NCBI RefSeq assembly: GCF_006345805.1
Contig: NC_042997.1
Location: 57,226,001-57,290,000 of the forward strand
DNA length: 64,000 nucleotides
Source: Octopus sinensis
Lineage: Eukaryota
Direction: 5' to 3'
The notes below the pieces were generated by a model that worked only from the letters and a program-made list of their open reading frames with translations, did no database searches and was not told where the DNA came from. The position numbers and the translations under genes are program-made. Every line of letters starts with the position of its first letter. The first letter of the stretch is position 1. Below, piece by piece: positions 62,500 to 64,000 of the stretch.

Positions 62500-62960
62500 T
62501 TTGGACCACCTGACTGAAGATAGTCTAATACTTTCACATGATATTCAAATGATTGCATGTCATCTATGAATCTTGTTTTAATCATCCCTTCTGCATAGTC
62601 CTTTATCGAATTTACAAAAACATGTAGACTCACATTTAAGAATAATCTTGAATAGATTCAGTCAGGTTTTGATGTGATGAGAATCTGACCTGTTTAGCAA
62701 TTATCAATTTCATTTGGAGATGTTACAGAAGTCTCACTGTAACTAAAACACTTGTGTGACTATCATTCCTGATTAAGATCAATACAAATCATATTTAGTT
62801 TCTATACTGGTGCCCAGAAGGACTTTCATTGGCTGTAACAGCAAAACATTGCAACAGAGAGTGTCATGTCAAGGTCATTCAATGGAAATTCATTGTTATT
62901 TATCAATTACACCAATGTCAGGTCACACAGTATTTATCCAGTGTTTAGATGCACTGAGCT
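62500..62960 (-). mobile_element. Possible R4-like RLE fragment, very degenerate
   Basis: Minus-strand PDIGVIDK resembles RPDIVVIDK. Confidence 0.3.
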
Positions 62961-63054
62961 TTTATTAAATTGTTTAGGCAAGATGTTACATTAAGCATGT
63001 AGTTAAATAGACCCAACCACATACAAACATGCAAAACACATGCAATAATATTTG

Positions 63055-63281
63055 TTTCTTTATTACCAACAAGGGGCTAAACATAGAAGGGACAAACAAA
63101 GACAAACGGATTAAGTCGATTACATCGACCCCAGTGTGTAACTGGTACTTAATTTATCGACCCCGAAAGGATGAAAGGCAAAGTCAACCTCGGCGGGATT
63201 TGAACTCAGAGCGTAATGGCAGACGAAATACGGCTACGCATTTCGCCCAGCGTGCTAACGTTTCTGCCAGCTCGCTGCCTT
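63055..63281 (-). mobile_element. tRNA-derived SINE family C, young copy
   Basis: CpG-rich. Minus strand reads AGCTGGCAGAAACGTTAGCACGCTGGGCG (A-box-like) and GAGTTCAAATCC (B box). Older copies lie near 11505-11720, 21025-21215, 38645-38790, 55965-56095 and 56445-56570. Confidence 0.88.
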
Positions 63282-64000
63282 AATAATATTGGTATCACAA
63301 TGACATCACAGGATTCATAAGTGATCGTCATTGTTATTTGAAACCTATGATTAAAGGGGCCCCTGCTACTATGACTGTCCTGTCCTACTGTCAAGTATTC
63401 TATATTTATATTATATAAGTTCTTCATTTTTTTTAAAACAGTGAAATCTGAGACTAGCTTGGATAATACTTGTTTCTAGCAGGTTGTTGGCTCATCATGG
63501 GAGATAATATTTAACATTAGTTTCATAATGTTAAGTAGGTAACATAGAGCTTTCCCTAGAACAGACCCTAGTCTAAAGTAAATAATATTCAAGCAACGAG
63601 CAGCAAATCCAATGCCAGCTAGATAAGCTGTGGCACATAAAGTGTGCTGCCAAAGTACAAGAGAAAATTTTTACAGAAAAATTAAACTTGAAGCATACTT
63701 CCTTCACTATTTTTGCATTAAGCCACTGCTGCATCATCCCTTTCTTGTCCTACCTACAGCACTGAATTCAGAATGCATTGAGCTAGAACATAACTGTAAA
63801 GTATCTTGTTTGACATTGACAAGTTCACAAATCCATAATCCTTGATACATGTTTTTTTTTAATCAATCCATAAAAGATGGAAGGAAATATGACTATGGCA
63901 GGATTTGAACTGAAGGTGCAGGATACTGCAAGACATTCTAACTCCCAAACAACTCTACCAACATGCTGCCTTCTGAGTGTTACAAGGCCTGCTTATATCA

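Noticed and set aside
63190-63281. tRNA-like A/B boxes, also in the family A heads
   Set aside because: No complete cloverleaf or acceptor stem, and each is followed by a SINE body, so these are SINE heads rather than tRNA genes.

Overview
AT-rich eukaryotic genomic DNA that is almost entirely transposable-element debris and microsatellites. The repeat families look like those of an octopus (coleoid cephalopod) genome; that is my recognition, not a database result. I could not support any intact host gene. The window holds many truncated RTE-clade LINE copies that share a (GAT)n tail and a 3' hairpin, and an RTE-BovB-like relic. It also holds R4/Dong-like, CRE-like and gypsy fragments, several mariner/Tc1 elements (three with both TIRs and TA TSDs), piggyBac- and pogo-like MITEs, Helentron-type non-autonomous pieces, a 2.7-kb hAT-type element with an exact 8-bp TSD, and several tRNA-derived SINE families. 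The most notable signal is a set of hammerhead-ribozyme (HHR) motifs in three small insertions. The best (52378-52478) has a perfect catalytic core and an unusually long stem II. It lies in a 650-bp unit with exact 72-bp terminal direct repeats, resembling a retrozyme or Penelope-like element, nested in a SINE that is nested in a mariner. Boundaries without a TIR or TSD are approximate.
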